This document shows positions 13,708 to 25,657 of a stretch of 64,000 bases of DNA, piece after piece. The notes beneath the pieces are model-generated. The model was not told the DNA's origin and made no database searches. It saw only the letters and a program-made list of their open reading frames with translations. This stretch comes from Takakia lepidozioides (lineage: Eukaryota; Plantae; Bryophyta): NCBI GenBank assembly GCA_030704615.1, contig CM060731.1, positions 38,130,001 through 38,194,000 on the forward strand, read 5' to 3'. Made by a program: the position numbers and the translations under genes. Numbering within the stretch: position 1 is the stretch's first letter; every line of letters starts with the position of its first letter.

Positions 13708-13864
13708 CTCTCCGAAATTATCCATTCATCCATGAGTTGCTCTGTTGAGCCTTGTTTGGAACGAGTGTGAAAAAGTTTTTGAAGTTTCACCGAAGTTTGA
13801 AGAAATTTTGTGATGAGGTGTGAAAAACAGTGTCTTTTCCAAGAAAGTTGAAGAATAGCTGATC

Positions 13865-14361
13865 ATGACCGGTCGTAAGACAATTTCAATTCCTTTCAAT
13901 TCATGTAAGTAATTCTACTTGCGTCAACTATTGGGATGCCGATGGCATCAAAACAGACAAACTAAAACGTTCATTTTGCTCTCCCAATTTTGCATGGCTT
14001 ATGTTGGATTGCAGGTCGATGTGGAGAATTTGTTCGAAGAAGCAAGAAAAAAACAAGTCTTGGAGATTGTTCCCCGGTTGCAGGTGTCCACTTTCCAAAC
14101 GGAAGGCAAGGGACACCATTAGTTAAAAATGTCTGGGCAAGAGTCTTCCTCTCTCTTTTTAGTTCAAGACATTCGACATTTGCATTGTAATTTGCAGCTC
14201 TGGAGCATACTCGAAAAAAAATTGAAATAGCAGTAAACAAGATGAAAGTTGCAAAACTTGACAAGGAGGAAAGAAGGCTAATGAAGAAGCAAAACCTTAG
14301 GGAACACGTCCCGGACTCTGAGGCCGCACAGGGCTTCGGTTCCATGGAGGGCCACGCATAA
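13865..14361 (+). CDS. Candidate 3-exon gene encoding a 90-aa basic small protein of unknown function
   Basis: Exons 13865-13904, 14015-14083, 14198-14361 with donors GTAAGT and GTGTCC and TTGCAG acceptors; 40+69+164 = 273 nt, open ATG to TAA. Confidence 0.5.
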
Positions 14362-14951
14362 TGATGCGAGATCAAAATATGTAGATTGAACTGTCGTGCG
14401 GCGAGACGCCGAGACGCCGAGACCCTTTTCTTTGTGACAATTATCTCATATTCAAAATAAATATTCTATATGAGTACCTGCAAGGTTGTCAAATAGTAGC
14501 TGCACACCGCACTATAAGTCATCCTTGTACAAAACAACAACCATGAAGTGGTAAAATATGGAAGCAGCTGCAAAATCAAGTGGAGGAGGACAGAAAAGCA
14601 CAGTAGCTTTGCTATTTCAAATGTGTTTAACTTAGTTCCGCCTTCTCTCTCAATCTTTTGTTGAAATTACAGAGCCTGTTCATGGAGAAGTAAGAACTAA
14701 GAACCAAACAAGAGAAGATAAACCCAAGCATAGCAAGATCCATATGATCTATCTTCAGTAGATGAGGTAGACGCAAGTGTCAGTATTGAAAGGAAAGTGT
14801 TCGAGAAGATGTATCGAGCCAAGGGCACTGCCTCCTACTATTTATTTCCTTGTTTTGGCAGCTCATTTTATTCATAAGGAAAAACCAACATGTAACCCGA
14901 CATGATATATATATTGTGTAGAAGGTTTGCTCAGCTCAGAACGGTGGCAGT

Positions 14952-17900
14952 ATGGCTAACTTGCGGACCAGCTTTCATGTCACGGAGCTCTCTGAGTTGG
15001 CCGACAGCGCTCTTCCATCTGAGGTTCTTTCGCATGCATCCGTTGGGGAATCAACTCGCCTGCTCTGTGTTTCAATCTGCGCTTCGCTGTTCGCTTACTT
15101 TTAAAGTAGTAATAGTGTTGATCATTTTGGAGTGGTGAGTCAAAGAATTTGCGTGTTCAGAGGTTGAATGGGCCATCTAAGGTGCCTCTATTCCCAGTCC
15201 CATTCAAGTCTTCTGCCTTCTCTTTGTACCTTGAGCACCATGCAAGATCTCATGTTTTTACAAGGTGATGCTGAATTGAATCTGGTTTGCAGACTCGCAG
15301 CAGGATTGAGTGCATTGTGAAGCGGTTTCTTGCAAGTTTGGTGGCAAGTAAACCTTCAATTGAGCCGCTTTCCTTGGTAAGTTTTGCAAAGCTGTAAAAG
15401 TTCCACTACATCGACAGCTCGTTTTAGGGAGCATAAGGATGGGCTTCCATACATAGCTGACTCAAACCTCCAGATAGTAATTCCTGAGAGATGCTTGTCT
15501 CTTGCTGTAATATTGTGGTCCTGTACATCCATTCAAAGGACGATGGGACGGGATGAGATCGCCGGAGAAATGTCGAGGGAAAGACGATTCCGGTGGAGTT
15601 GAAGTTCGTTTGCTGGAGATTCCATCTGAAGCTCTTAGCTAAACTGTCGTCTTTGCGTCTATCGGTTCAGATTTGCCGAACAGAACGAAATACGCAACTA
15701 TATGAGGGAGCCTTTGGTCATGGTGACAACATCTATTTATCGCACGCCATATACAAGAAAAGCTTTACAAGAAAGCACGGCCAAAAGACCTATTACAGAG
15801 GTCCTCATTTTAAACTGAAGGAAACCGGGATTCTGCATGAAATTGTCAATAAGAGAGGTTGGACAGCAGAATCTTCATGTGCAAAGATAGCAGAGGCCGG
15901 TCGGTTCCTCTACATCCATGCACAAAATGCTTTTGTTGATGCACAACTAGTTGTATATTTGCTTAGATCATTGCACACGTAAGTTACTGTGTCACGGAGT
16001 TCATGATTTGTGCAGTGTGGAAGGTTTTACAAATCTGCTACGAGTTGCTTGGACTGGGAAAGAAAGCGACTCAGCGAGAGCTATTCTACCGTCTACTTTC
16101 AGATTCACCCGACTATATCGATAGCCAGACTCAAGTGAATGATTCGATACAAGGCAACTACTCTGACGCGAACTACTCTGCCGAGTGACTTGTTTAGAGT
16201 AGTTGTTGCCCCTCAACAAAAATGAAAGTAATAATCACGGAGTTGTATCACATCACCAGACTCTAAGTCCTGTGATGGCGTGCAGACGCTGTGGCGTTGC
16301 TCCGATGCGATCGCCAGAGTCTTGGGATTCTTGCATCAAGCAGAGGAGCTGTGGTTGGACGACTTTTGATCGAGGTATACCAAGCCTGAGAGGCCCTAAG
16401 TAACTAGCCTAGTAAATAATTGTAAGAAACCACTTCAAATACTCGGTGGGGCAAATCTCCTCGTTTCCAAAAAGAAAGAACCAAATGAAATGTGTATAAT
16501 CGTCGTAACAAAACTGCATATTGTTTGCTGACTAGGATCCTGGTGGTGAGGTAGTGGACTGCAGCAGACTCGGACCATCTGCTCATGTGATTCGTGGCGA
16601 CCTACATTTCAAGCACCAGAAGTTCCAATCTAATGCCAGATACATACTTATTGTCGAGAAGGTGACTTCGGCAGCTTGATGAACTGTGTACATGCTAGGA
16701 GTGCGATACTCGCTGGCAGATATTCTCTGCAGTTGCAATTAGCGTCGAAATGCTACTCACATGGCTGTCAATTAATCACGTGCATTCTGAACGACTAACA
16801 GGACGCAATTTTTCAACGGTTGGCTGAAGATCGGTTTTTTCAGTCTGTTCCAAGCATCATCCTCACTGCTAAAGGGTATCCAGATTTGGCCTCCAGGTAC
16901 AACAGGACCGACTGGTTTGTCGCCAATCTATGTTTCTTTCAATTGTGTTTGATATTATGCTGCCACATACGCACGTTAGCCTGTCAAATGTGCGGATGCA
17001 CAAAGACCCTGGTATCTGGCAGTGTCAACCTGTAATGTAGAGTTGTTTTGCTTATTGTGCAGGGCTTTGCTGCAACAGTTGCACACTTCTTTCCCGAGCT
17101 TACCTATTCTTGCACTGGTTGACTGGTGAGTATCATGAATACTACACCTGCTAGTCCAATTCATCCATATGTGTTTGTCCAAGCTGGTAACCATACATCT
17201 TCTGCCGGTAATGGATGGTGCATTCAAAGCCAGTTGCGCTCCTTACACCTCATATTATTATCCACCAATACGCGTATATTGCAGGAATCCATCTGGCCTG
17301 GCAATTCTTTGTTCCTTCAAGTTTGGGAGCATTAGAATGGGACTGGAGGCTCCCCAATACGGTAAGACATTGTGCTTTCCACATTTTTGAGGTGAGAGGA
17401 TCTACGTCTTCGACCTGTTTTCTTGTATGCCAAAGTTTACGAGTTGTAGTGCCTTTGTATACCGATACTCGTCATTATTGAGATGCAAGCTTTCCTTCTT
17501 ATTGTCACTAGCAACCAATATTATTTTCGGTAATGTCATGCTTCGGCTTACAGTTTGCGATGTCAAATGGCTTGGATTGCGTTGCCACGACATTCAAGCT
17601 TGTGTACCGAAAGAAGCTCTGTTGAGTCTCACAGACAAAGACCGCAAGTTGGGGAAGAGTTTGCTGAAATCCAAAATGCTTCAGGTACTTAATCTTTTCT
17701 TCTTAGCAGCTCCTATTAGAAATGGACCACTGGTGATAGTACTGGCAAGGGTAAACATATACAGTGGTGTCCACTTGAGCCACTTTTGACATATCATTTT
17801 GAATTTCTGTATACAGAACCATGAGGACTACCGGAGGGAGCTGAATGATATGCTTACATCCGGACACCGAGCTGAACTACAGGCTCTGTATGCTCATGGC

Positions 17901-17957
17901 TATGACTTTCTTGGAAAGTTTATCACACACAAATTAATTCACCAAGATTACATCTGA
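14952..17957 (+). CDS. SPO11-2: Meiotic recombination protein SPO11-2, 11 exons
   Basis: Approximate exons 14952-15023, 15293-15376, 15671-15800, 16015-16153, 16286-16374, 16536-16661, 16802-16896, 17063-17125, 17285-17361, 17554-17684, 17817-17957. Motifs [16 protein letters not shown] (catalytic Tyr), [34 protein letters not shown]-terminal QDYI*. Confidence 0.95.
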
Positions 17958-19069
17958 CCTTCAACGTACTCTTCAAGTAACGTCCAACAACACTCTTGAC
18001 ATCCAATACTCTTTTGTGGGGTGTTACAAGCAAACTAGTTGAACAGTTTTGTAAGTGATGAGACTAGCCCATCAGTTTTCCCAGGCTCCTCCTCTCTATT
18101 CCTCCATGGACAGCTTATATTTGTACCCTGCTCTCTCTATTCCCACAAAGAAGTTGCATAAATGATCGAAGGAAACACTGTCCATGACTAATTGCCTTCT
18201 CTGACCCCATTTTCTTTTTTCCTGTTGGTGCTCATATTCTGTGGGCATCACTTTCTTCAAGAATATTTTAGAAGTCATCACCTGATAATGTCTCAAAGCC
18301 TTTCAGAGTAGTCCAAAGGCCCAGTGTGCAAGAAAATCCCACAAGGGGTGAGTACCCCCCCTTCCAAGAAACTCCAGGATAGATTCAACCGGCATGGTTC
18401 CTTTCTTGGCTCCTAATGGGTGCATCTGGCCGTGCTAAATCTGAACGCCATGGAAGGGCAATGGTCAACCTGTTTGAGAGTGCTACTGGAAAGCAACGTC
18501 AGCCATGTTCCCGTGAGTCATGACAGTTGCTAAGCAAAGAGCTGTGGACTCTTCTATTGCTTGCAGCAACACTTAACTTTGAGCTCACATGCAGAAGGTC
18601 CTAGGGAGACACATTGGTGGTCCCCCTGAAGAGCACCATTGCATGGGAAATCGTCGGCGAAAAAGTCTCTAGCACTTGCATAGTCTCTAGTTCTTGGATG
18701 ACCAGAGTTGTGTGCCAACTTGAACTCTGAGAGAGTACCCATCAACCATTCCCTGCAATATCTGCCGTGACAAACCCTTAAGGGCATTGTACTCGCTGGA
18801 CATCAACTCTCCCCTTACCGAGTGTGGGATTTCCGCCCACGAGGGTATAAGAAGCTCAACCAAACTATCAATTGTGCTGACACACAGGTGATGACAACCC
18901 AGTTGCAGGGATTGACTGTGGTACTAAGCAATGGACATTATATTACAGGGTGCCAGGTTGATTCCCACACTATTGCTGCAGTTCTGCAGGTGGATCTTGC
19001 TGAGGTTGCACTGCCAGTTGCAGAGTTAAAAGCTTGGGAGATGTTGTTTGTTGTTTGTTTTGCTTATCA

Positions 19070-21340
19070 TCACCAATAATCCCCACAAGAACACACCCCA
19101 TTCTTGAAGTGGTGAAAGCGATTCGCATCCCTTGCGACAATCTCTCGCCCAACAATCTTGGTGATGAACTTGGTGGCAGTGTGGCAATCACCACATACCC
19201 GCAGGTTCTTCATTATGCGGATAGTTGTCCCAGGGGGTGTACTGATGAGCCCAAATGCAATGGCCAGTTTTTCACTGTGGTGGCAGAGAACCTGTTCCTT
19301 TGTCTGCTTATCCAGATCATGCAAGACAAACCGTGTGTCCGGCACATATCCTGCCTCCTTCATCTGCCTGGTCAATCTCTCCAACTCAGCATAGATCTCC
19401 TCTGTTTGTGGGTGTGATCTATCTTGCACACCGAAGGTATGTACCCTGCTGTTGACCTCAATCCAGCAGCACCCCGCCTCCTTTTTCACACCTCTGTCCT
19501 CCATGACCTTTCTGACCTTTGCTACATCCTCCCACCTTCCGGCCACAGAATAAGTGTTTGAAAGCTGCACATACACTGCAGCATTTTCCGGTTCAGACCT
19601 GAGGACCTGTTCTGCAGCGCATTCTGCTAGTTCCACCCGGCCATGGATCCTACAAGCACCAAGCAAGGCCCACCACACTGCAGCACCTGGTTGAATTTGC
19701 ATGTTGTTGATGAAGTCCTCAGCCTCGTCCAACCTTCCTGCGCGGCCAAGAAGGTCAACCATGCAGCTATAATGATTCTCTGTCGGGGTGATGCCATGAT
19801 CTCGACTCATGGAAAGAAAGTAGTGATGACCTTTATCCACCAGGCCCACATGGCTGCAGGCAGAGAGAACACAGAGGAATGTGACATGGTTGGGTTTCAC
19901 CCCTTCCAGTTGCATGTCTTCAAAGACTTGCAGGGCCTCTTCTCCGTGCCCATGCTGGGCGTATCCCATCATCATTGCATTCCAGGCGAACAGGTCCCGT
20001 TCAAGAATTTTGTCAAATGCTTCTCGTGCATCCTTGAGGCTTCCGCACTTGGCATACATGTCAACAAGGGCAGTCCCAACATAGACATCTGACTCAGATC
20101 CAGATTGCAGAATGTGCGCATGGACCCGTTTGCCCTCTTCAAGAATTGCTAGGATGGCACACGCTTTGAGGATGCTGGTGAAAGTCATCTTGTTTGGGCT
20201 GATGCCTTCTCGTTGCATCTGCCAAAAGAACTCACAAACGTCCTCAGCATGACCACATTGGATTGATCCAGCAATCATCGCAGTCCAGGAGACCACATTC
20301 CGTTCAGGCATTTTGAAGAACACTCGGTGCGCATCCACCACACTCCCACTTTTGCAATACATGCTGACAAGAGCAGTCCCCACTTGGACATCTGACACAA
20401 ATCCAGCTTTGATGATGCTTGCATGAATTTGCTTGCCCATTTCCAGGGTGGTCGGGCTGGCACACGCATTGAGGGCGCTGATGAAGGTGATCTTGTTTGG
20501 CTTCATGCCTTCTAGTTGCATTTGTTGAAAGAGGTCCAAAGCCTCTTCACTGTGCCCTTGGTGAGCATATCCTGCCATCATCCCAGTCCATGAGACCACA
20601 TCTCGCTCAGGCATTGTGTCAAATACTCGGCGGGCATCCCCCACACACCCGCACTTGCAATACATGCAGACAAGTGCAGTCCCCACTTGGACATCTGCTT
20701 CAAAACCAGCTCTGATTATGCCGGCGTGTAGCTGCTTGCCCTGTTCGAGTGCTGCTGGGTTGGCACATGCATTGAGAATGCTAATGAATGTGACCTTGGA
20801 GGGCTTCAGGCCTTCTTCTTGCATTTGGCGAAACAATTCAAATGCCTCTGAACCATGCCCTTCCTGAGCAAGCCCTGCAATCATCGTGTTCCAAGAAACC
20901 ACGCTCCGTTTAGGCATTTGGTTGAACACTTGGTGTGCATCCACAACACTTCCACACTTGACATACATACTAACAAGGTTGTTTGCTAGGAAGATATCTG
21001 GCTCGAATCCACTTTTAATGATGTGGGCATGGACCTCCTTGCCATCTTCCAGGGCCTTCGTCTTTGCAGATCCCTGCAAGAGACGAACACAGCTCTCGGA
21101 GTATGCACGGAAGCCGCGTTGCTGCACGACATCCAGAATTTCCAGTGGTGTCTCCAATTGCCCCCCTTTGCAGAGTAGTCCCACATTTCCACTAGATACA
21201 CAATTGCCGTTGCTACCTCCCTCTCCCGGTCTTTGCCTCCAGCATCCATTAAATGCAGTGCTGACGCTGTAGTTGCAATGAATGGCAGGCCTGCCCCCAG
21301 CTTGCATACCGAGCAGTTGACTGGGTGTGATTCCAGACAT
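19070..21340 (-). CDS. PLS-class PPR protein with E1/E2 and complete DYW cytidine deaminase domain (organellar C-to-U editing factor), intronless
   Basis: 756-aa ORF; 14 P/L/S motifs; PG-box variant KKEAGCCWIE; HSEKLA, CGDCH and terminal CSCGDYW. Confidence 0.97.
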   Translation of the reverse strand: MSGITPSQLLGMQAGGRPAIHCNYSVSTAFNGCWRQRPGEGGSNGNCVSSGNVGLLCKGGQLETPLEILDVVQQRGFRAYSESCVRLLQGSAKTKALEDGKEVHAHIIKSGFEPDIFLANNLVSMYVKCGSVVDAHQVFNQMPKRSVVSWNTMIAGLAQEGHGSEAFELFRQMQEEGLKPSKVTFISILNACANPAALEQGKQLHAGIIRAGFEADVQVGTALVCMYCKCGCVGDARRVFDTMPERDVVSWTGMMAGYAHQGHSEEALDLFQQMQLEGMKPNKITFISALNACASPTTLEMGKQIHASIIKAGFVSDVQVGTALVSMYCKSGSVVDAHRVFFKMPERNVVSWTAMIAGSIQCGHAEDVCEFFWQMQREGISPNKMTFTSILKACAILAILEEGKRVHAHILQSGSESDVYVGTALVDMYAKCGSLKDAREAFDKILERDLFAWNAMMMGYAQHGHGEEALQVFEDMQLEGVKPNHVTFLCVLSACSHVGLVDKGHHYFLSMSRDHGITPTENHYSCMVDLLGRAGRLDEAEDFINNMQIQPGAAVWWALLGACRIHGRVELAECAAEQVLRSEPENAAVYVQLSNTYSVAGRWEDVAKVRKVMEDRGVKKEAGCCWIEVNSRVHTFGVQDRSHPQTEEIYAELERLTRQMKEAGYVPDTRFVLHDLDKQTKEQVLCHHSEKLAIAFGLISTPPGTTIRIMKNLRVCGDCHTATKFITKIVGREIVARDANRFHHFKNGVCSCGDYW

Positions 21341-21799
21341 GGAACTCCACCGCCCTGCATGATGAAAGAGAGAGGCTTGAGCAGAGTGTCTTGGGAGTGG
21401 AGTATTTTGTGTGGAGAAGTATAGGACGGTTCATTAGGTTCCCGCGGCAGTACCTGTGTGGGCGTCTGCCGTCTTGAACTGGATCTTCGGGATGACCAGT
21501 CCATACTAAAGCCAGTCTCCACGGATTGCTATTTTGCAAGATCTGTCACCGTCGAGAGAGGAAGCATGCGCAGAAGGAAACCGGAAATTCATCTTCACTG
21601 CAGCCCTATTTGATTCTTTCGGCCGTGGAACGCTACCTGCACCTGATTTCGGCGTGGAGACTGACAAGATAAGCATGATTTAGCAATACCCAGGGGCCAG
21701 GGCATAACGTTCTTGCCAAGGTACTGAACATAGGTTTAGGAGGAAATACAGAAACCACAAATTATGGACAGGAGTTCAATTTATGTTGATGAAACCTGT

Positions 21800-23175
21800 A
21801 AGTCTCTATTTACAACATGTACAATGGGTGAACGTACATAGGATGAGAAGTTCCAGAAAAGGGGGAGGGAGGAGGGAACAAGAAACAAGAGAAGAAAACA
21901 AAAGCTATAAGCTACTCAACCAGAACGACCCTCCCAGCCAACAGCCTGGAGGAGATCGGGCAAAGAGATAGGTAAAGTGTCAGGCATAGGTGGAAGACGA
22001 GATGACGCGGAGCTAATGCAAAATAGATATGGCTTGTGCTCTCTGCAGTGCTCTCTGCAAAGCAACTGAAACACACGTTATCGATAGTAGGCGACAAGGA
22101 CGGAGGCATGCGGGATGCCAGTGGACTTGCTCTGTGCTGCATGATGTGCACATGTCCGCACGAAATCGTCGAAGTACCTATGCAAGGAGCCAAATATCTC
22201 GATCGCCAGCGGAAGGAATCTGTCGGTGGGGTGACGATCGTTGTAGTCGCGTTCCTTGGCCTGAGCTGCTACAGTGGCTGTCGTGCCTGGTGTGGTAGTT
22301 GCGCGAGATAGCAGATCCGCTCGAGTGGGGTCGGCGAGAACGACATCCGCAAGGGTACGCAAACCATCTCTAGAGAGGAAGATGTCAACACGGCGGCGTG
22401 TAGAGTGGGACGTGAGCGTGGGTCGTAGATGAGGTTGCTTACGCAGTACATGATATCCTGCCTCCCGAGCAACAGATGTCACCGCATCGCAAACCACATC
22501 ATGAGACGCAATGCGCTCGCCACCACATGGGCAGCGGAGGAGGTGGATGGAAAGGTCATCGATGGGCTGACAACAGACGCACCGCTGAAGGCCCAATGCC
22601 GAAGAATGAGGCAAACCGAGTCGAAGGCGGAAAATAATGAAAATAGGGGATGAGAGGCGAAAAGGTGCGATAGTGGGTCGTGTACCAACCATGCCCCTGC
22701 TCCAGGTCCTGCGCATGATAAAAGTCGGGCCCAATGCAACTCAGAAGCAACACTTGAGAGCACGTCGGAAAGGAATGACGGTGCACGTGCTCGGAAATGG
22801 ACTCATGAAGATGGTCGAGGCCTTGAGCAACCAACTGCTCAAATGGTGGTTGACATGTTCGTGTCGGTGCCGGAAGAACATCTCGTGCAGAGCAAACATA
22901 CTGCTGGAAGGGTAAAATGTCACTGTCGATATGTGCAACGGCGTCCATAAGGATGGGACGATAATCGAGGAAATCGTGAAGCGACGGCTGGCGCAACCAA
23001 CGCCTGACTGCCGAGGAAGGCTGACGGGGCTGTAGTGACAGTGGACAAAAGACCCACACCACCGGAAGAGATGGGCAAGGTAGCTTGTTGCCGTGGCAAA
23101 AATCCCTGAGCATCCTCCAGAGCTCCTAGTCCTAACAAACTCCCGAAAATAGTCATCGTGGTAGTATCAAACACT
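21800..23175 (-). mobile_element. 5'-truncated, frameshifted CRE-clade non-LTR retrotransposon with restriction-like endonuclease
   Basis: QATLPISSGGVGL (post-RT motif); RLRLGLP...CVCC...HLLRC...HD (zinc knuckle); RRVDI...LADVVLADP...AKERDY...FLPLAIEIFG (RLE); pyrimidine-rich 3' UTR. Confidence 0.88.
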
Positions 23176-23215
23176 AAGATTATATTGTGTCTTGTCCAAG
23201 CATTTTGACAAATTT

Positions 23216-23990
23216 TGAGCCCTAGATGTTGCTTTCAAGAATGCTCACTTGGGCTGCCACGTGGGCAAGTCAATGTTGGATTTCCAAACCCTTGGCACTT
23301 TGAGAAATTCTAGGGAGTGGATCTTGTATTATTTCAGGGCGCTTTAACCCTTAAAGGACGAGACCTCTTTTGGTAGGTCACCCCCAAAACTCTACATACC
23401 TGCCTGTCTTGAGCTCTATCTTGCTACCTTGAATTAGCCAGAAATTTGAACCTTACAAATACGTTCTTGACTACCACATTCATCTACCCCCAGAAAAGTA
23501 GTAAGATCCAACGTTGGAATGGGTAGATTATAACAAAATATTATTGTGAATTTTTGAAGCCCACTCAAAAAAATTCATGGCAATGGTTTGACCATTAAAT
23601 TCAAATGTCCAGTTGAAATTTTTGAGGCAGATGCCCTTCATAATGTGATTATATGGCACCCAAGGGACTCTCTCCCCCAAAAAGCAGACCAAAATTCCAA
23701 AAATACAAATAGGCTGCTTTGTATGTGAAATCTGGGAGGTAAATTCTTCTTACCCAAGCTGTACAGCCATGACGTGATATTTGTTTTCTAATTCCTCTGG
23801 TGAGTAAGTGCACACTAACATTACACTTGTAAGAAAAAATTGGCACCTTGATAAAATCTGAGCCCTAGATGTTGTTTTCAAGATTCCTCATTTGGCCTAC
23901 CACGTAGGCAAGTCAACGCTGGATTACTAGACCCCTGGCACTTTGAAAATTTCTAGGGAGTAGAGCTTTTAATATTTTAGGGTGTTTTAA
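23216..23990. repeat. Two diverged ~130-bp direct repeats (23216-23347 and 23859-23990), probably part of a non-autonomous transposon
   Basis: tgagccctagatgttg...cacgt(g/a)ggcaagtcaa...tggcactttga...tctagggagt...tttaa present twice. Confidence 0.75.
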
Positions 23991-25224
23991 ATTCCCACGT
24001 GTGCTTCTCCCTAACCCCCTCACTTTATAACCTTCGGGACGGTTGCAGCTTCCACCTCAAAGGATAAAGTCCATGAGCTGCAAGGAAAAAATCTAGTTGA
24101 TGTGTTAATCAAAATGCACTTTAGCAAGTATGATTACTTCAAGTAGGAGCAATGTTACAAAAGACACAACTATGGAAATAGAAGGTTATGATGGTATAAT
24201 TGATTTCCCAAGGGTGTGACTAAGGAGGATGGGAAAGAATACTTGGACTAGTTGCACTCTTGTTGGCCCACTTCATGGCCAAGGTACGATTCTCCCCGAG
24301 GATTGAATTGCCTTACTGCAACAACTATTGTCAATTTTAGAGTCTTCCAAGAATTCATAAAAGGAGATGAGGCACACAAGAAATATGCCCATAAACACCA
24401 CAAACATCTTTGTGAGTTTATTGAGAGCTGGATACATAAGCAAACATTCTAGTTCCATTGGAAAAACACCTTACATAGGGGAGAAACCAAAGGGAGTTAA
24501 CGTGGCCAAATTGTATGTCATGGTTAAGAATGCCAGTGAAGCTGATGACGACCCCTAAGCCTCGTTGAGTATGCATAAGTACTGCCATATGCAGAATAAT
24601 AGCAGTAGCCTACATAAATACATCAAATGTGAATGGAGCAATGCATGTTCTGAACAATGTGTCTGCCTTTAGCGAGGTGACTTATACTTTAGGATATTCT
24701 TGGTCCAGATGGGCAGAATTAGAGGCAAGTCTCTCAATATTACTCCTGATCCACTCTCTCAATCTAGTAGAAGAATTCGAAGTGAGAGAGATTTATCGTA
24801 CCCTCATTTTTCACTTCTTTTCCTTTGTCCTTCACAAAGTGAATTACTTCCAATAGCAAGAACGTCCAAGAAAACATCAATTCAAGGACAAAGGAAAAAA
24901 GGGTCAATGGACTGACGATGGATACTCTTGAAAGCAGGTTCACACGACTAAAATCCGTTTATCCTATCGGGACGTGGCGGCTGCAACGGGTGTGGCGGAG
25001 CGGGTCCACCCTCGAGGAACGCGACGAGGAAGGGACGGACGACCTAGCCACTGTAGGTACTTCCTGCTATCCGTGTCATCCCTCCATTCCTTCCCCATGG
25101 CTATCATGGCTAAACCTGTGTGTAGGGTTTGCCGGAGGGCTCTTTGTAAGAGCTTCTTTTGCTCTTGCCTAGGGTTTAGGATGCTTTCACGTGTTGTACA
25201 GTGCCTTTATCTTTGCAATGAAAG

Positions 25225-25657
25225 GTCCAGTGGAGCAAGTCGGTTTGGATCGTGGAGAAGACTTATGGTTTCTTGGAGGCTTTTGAAGAACGGTATGCGC
25301 ATATCAAAAAAGGAAAATTTAGGCCATCAGATTGGGTTACCATTCTCAATAGTGTGAATGTGGTCAGACATCCAAGTACTCTGGAAAAAAACTGCCAAAC
25401 AATTGAAAGGAAAGATGGACAACTTGAAGAGACGTTATCGTGAGGAGAGGGATAAGTGCACTTTCACAGGAGCAATGCCTTCTAAATGGCCATACTTTTC
25501 GAACATGGAACAAATTTTTGCTACAAATTCGAAAACAGGTGGTGTGCTAGATGCTAGTGACAATGGCAAGAGACTAAACACCAACTCGACTATGCCAGAA
25601 GCTTTCGAAGGGCATGTTGATGATAATGTTGTGCCAAACACACCAAGTTGCACATAG
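25225..25657 (+). pseudogene. Trihelix/Myb-SANT-like DNA-binding domain fragment, likely Harbinger-derived, frameshifted in an A-run near 25390
   Basis: EKTYGFLEAFEERY...DWVTI / KTAKQLKGKMDNLKRRYREE...SKWPYFSNMEQIF split across two frames. Confidence 0.75.

Noticed and set aside
19034-21424. Plus-strand ORFs antisense to the PPR gene
   Set aside because: Shadow ORFs of a repetitive coding sequence.
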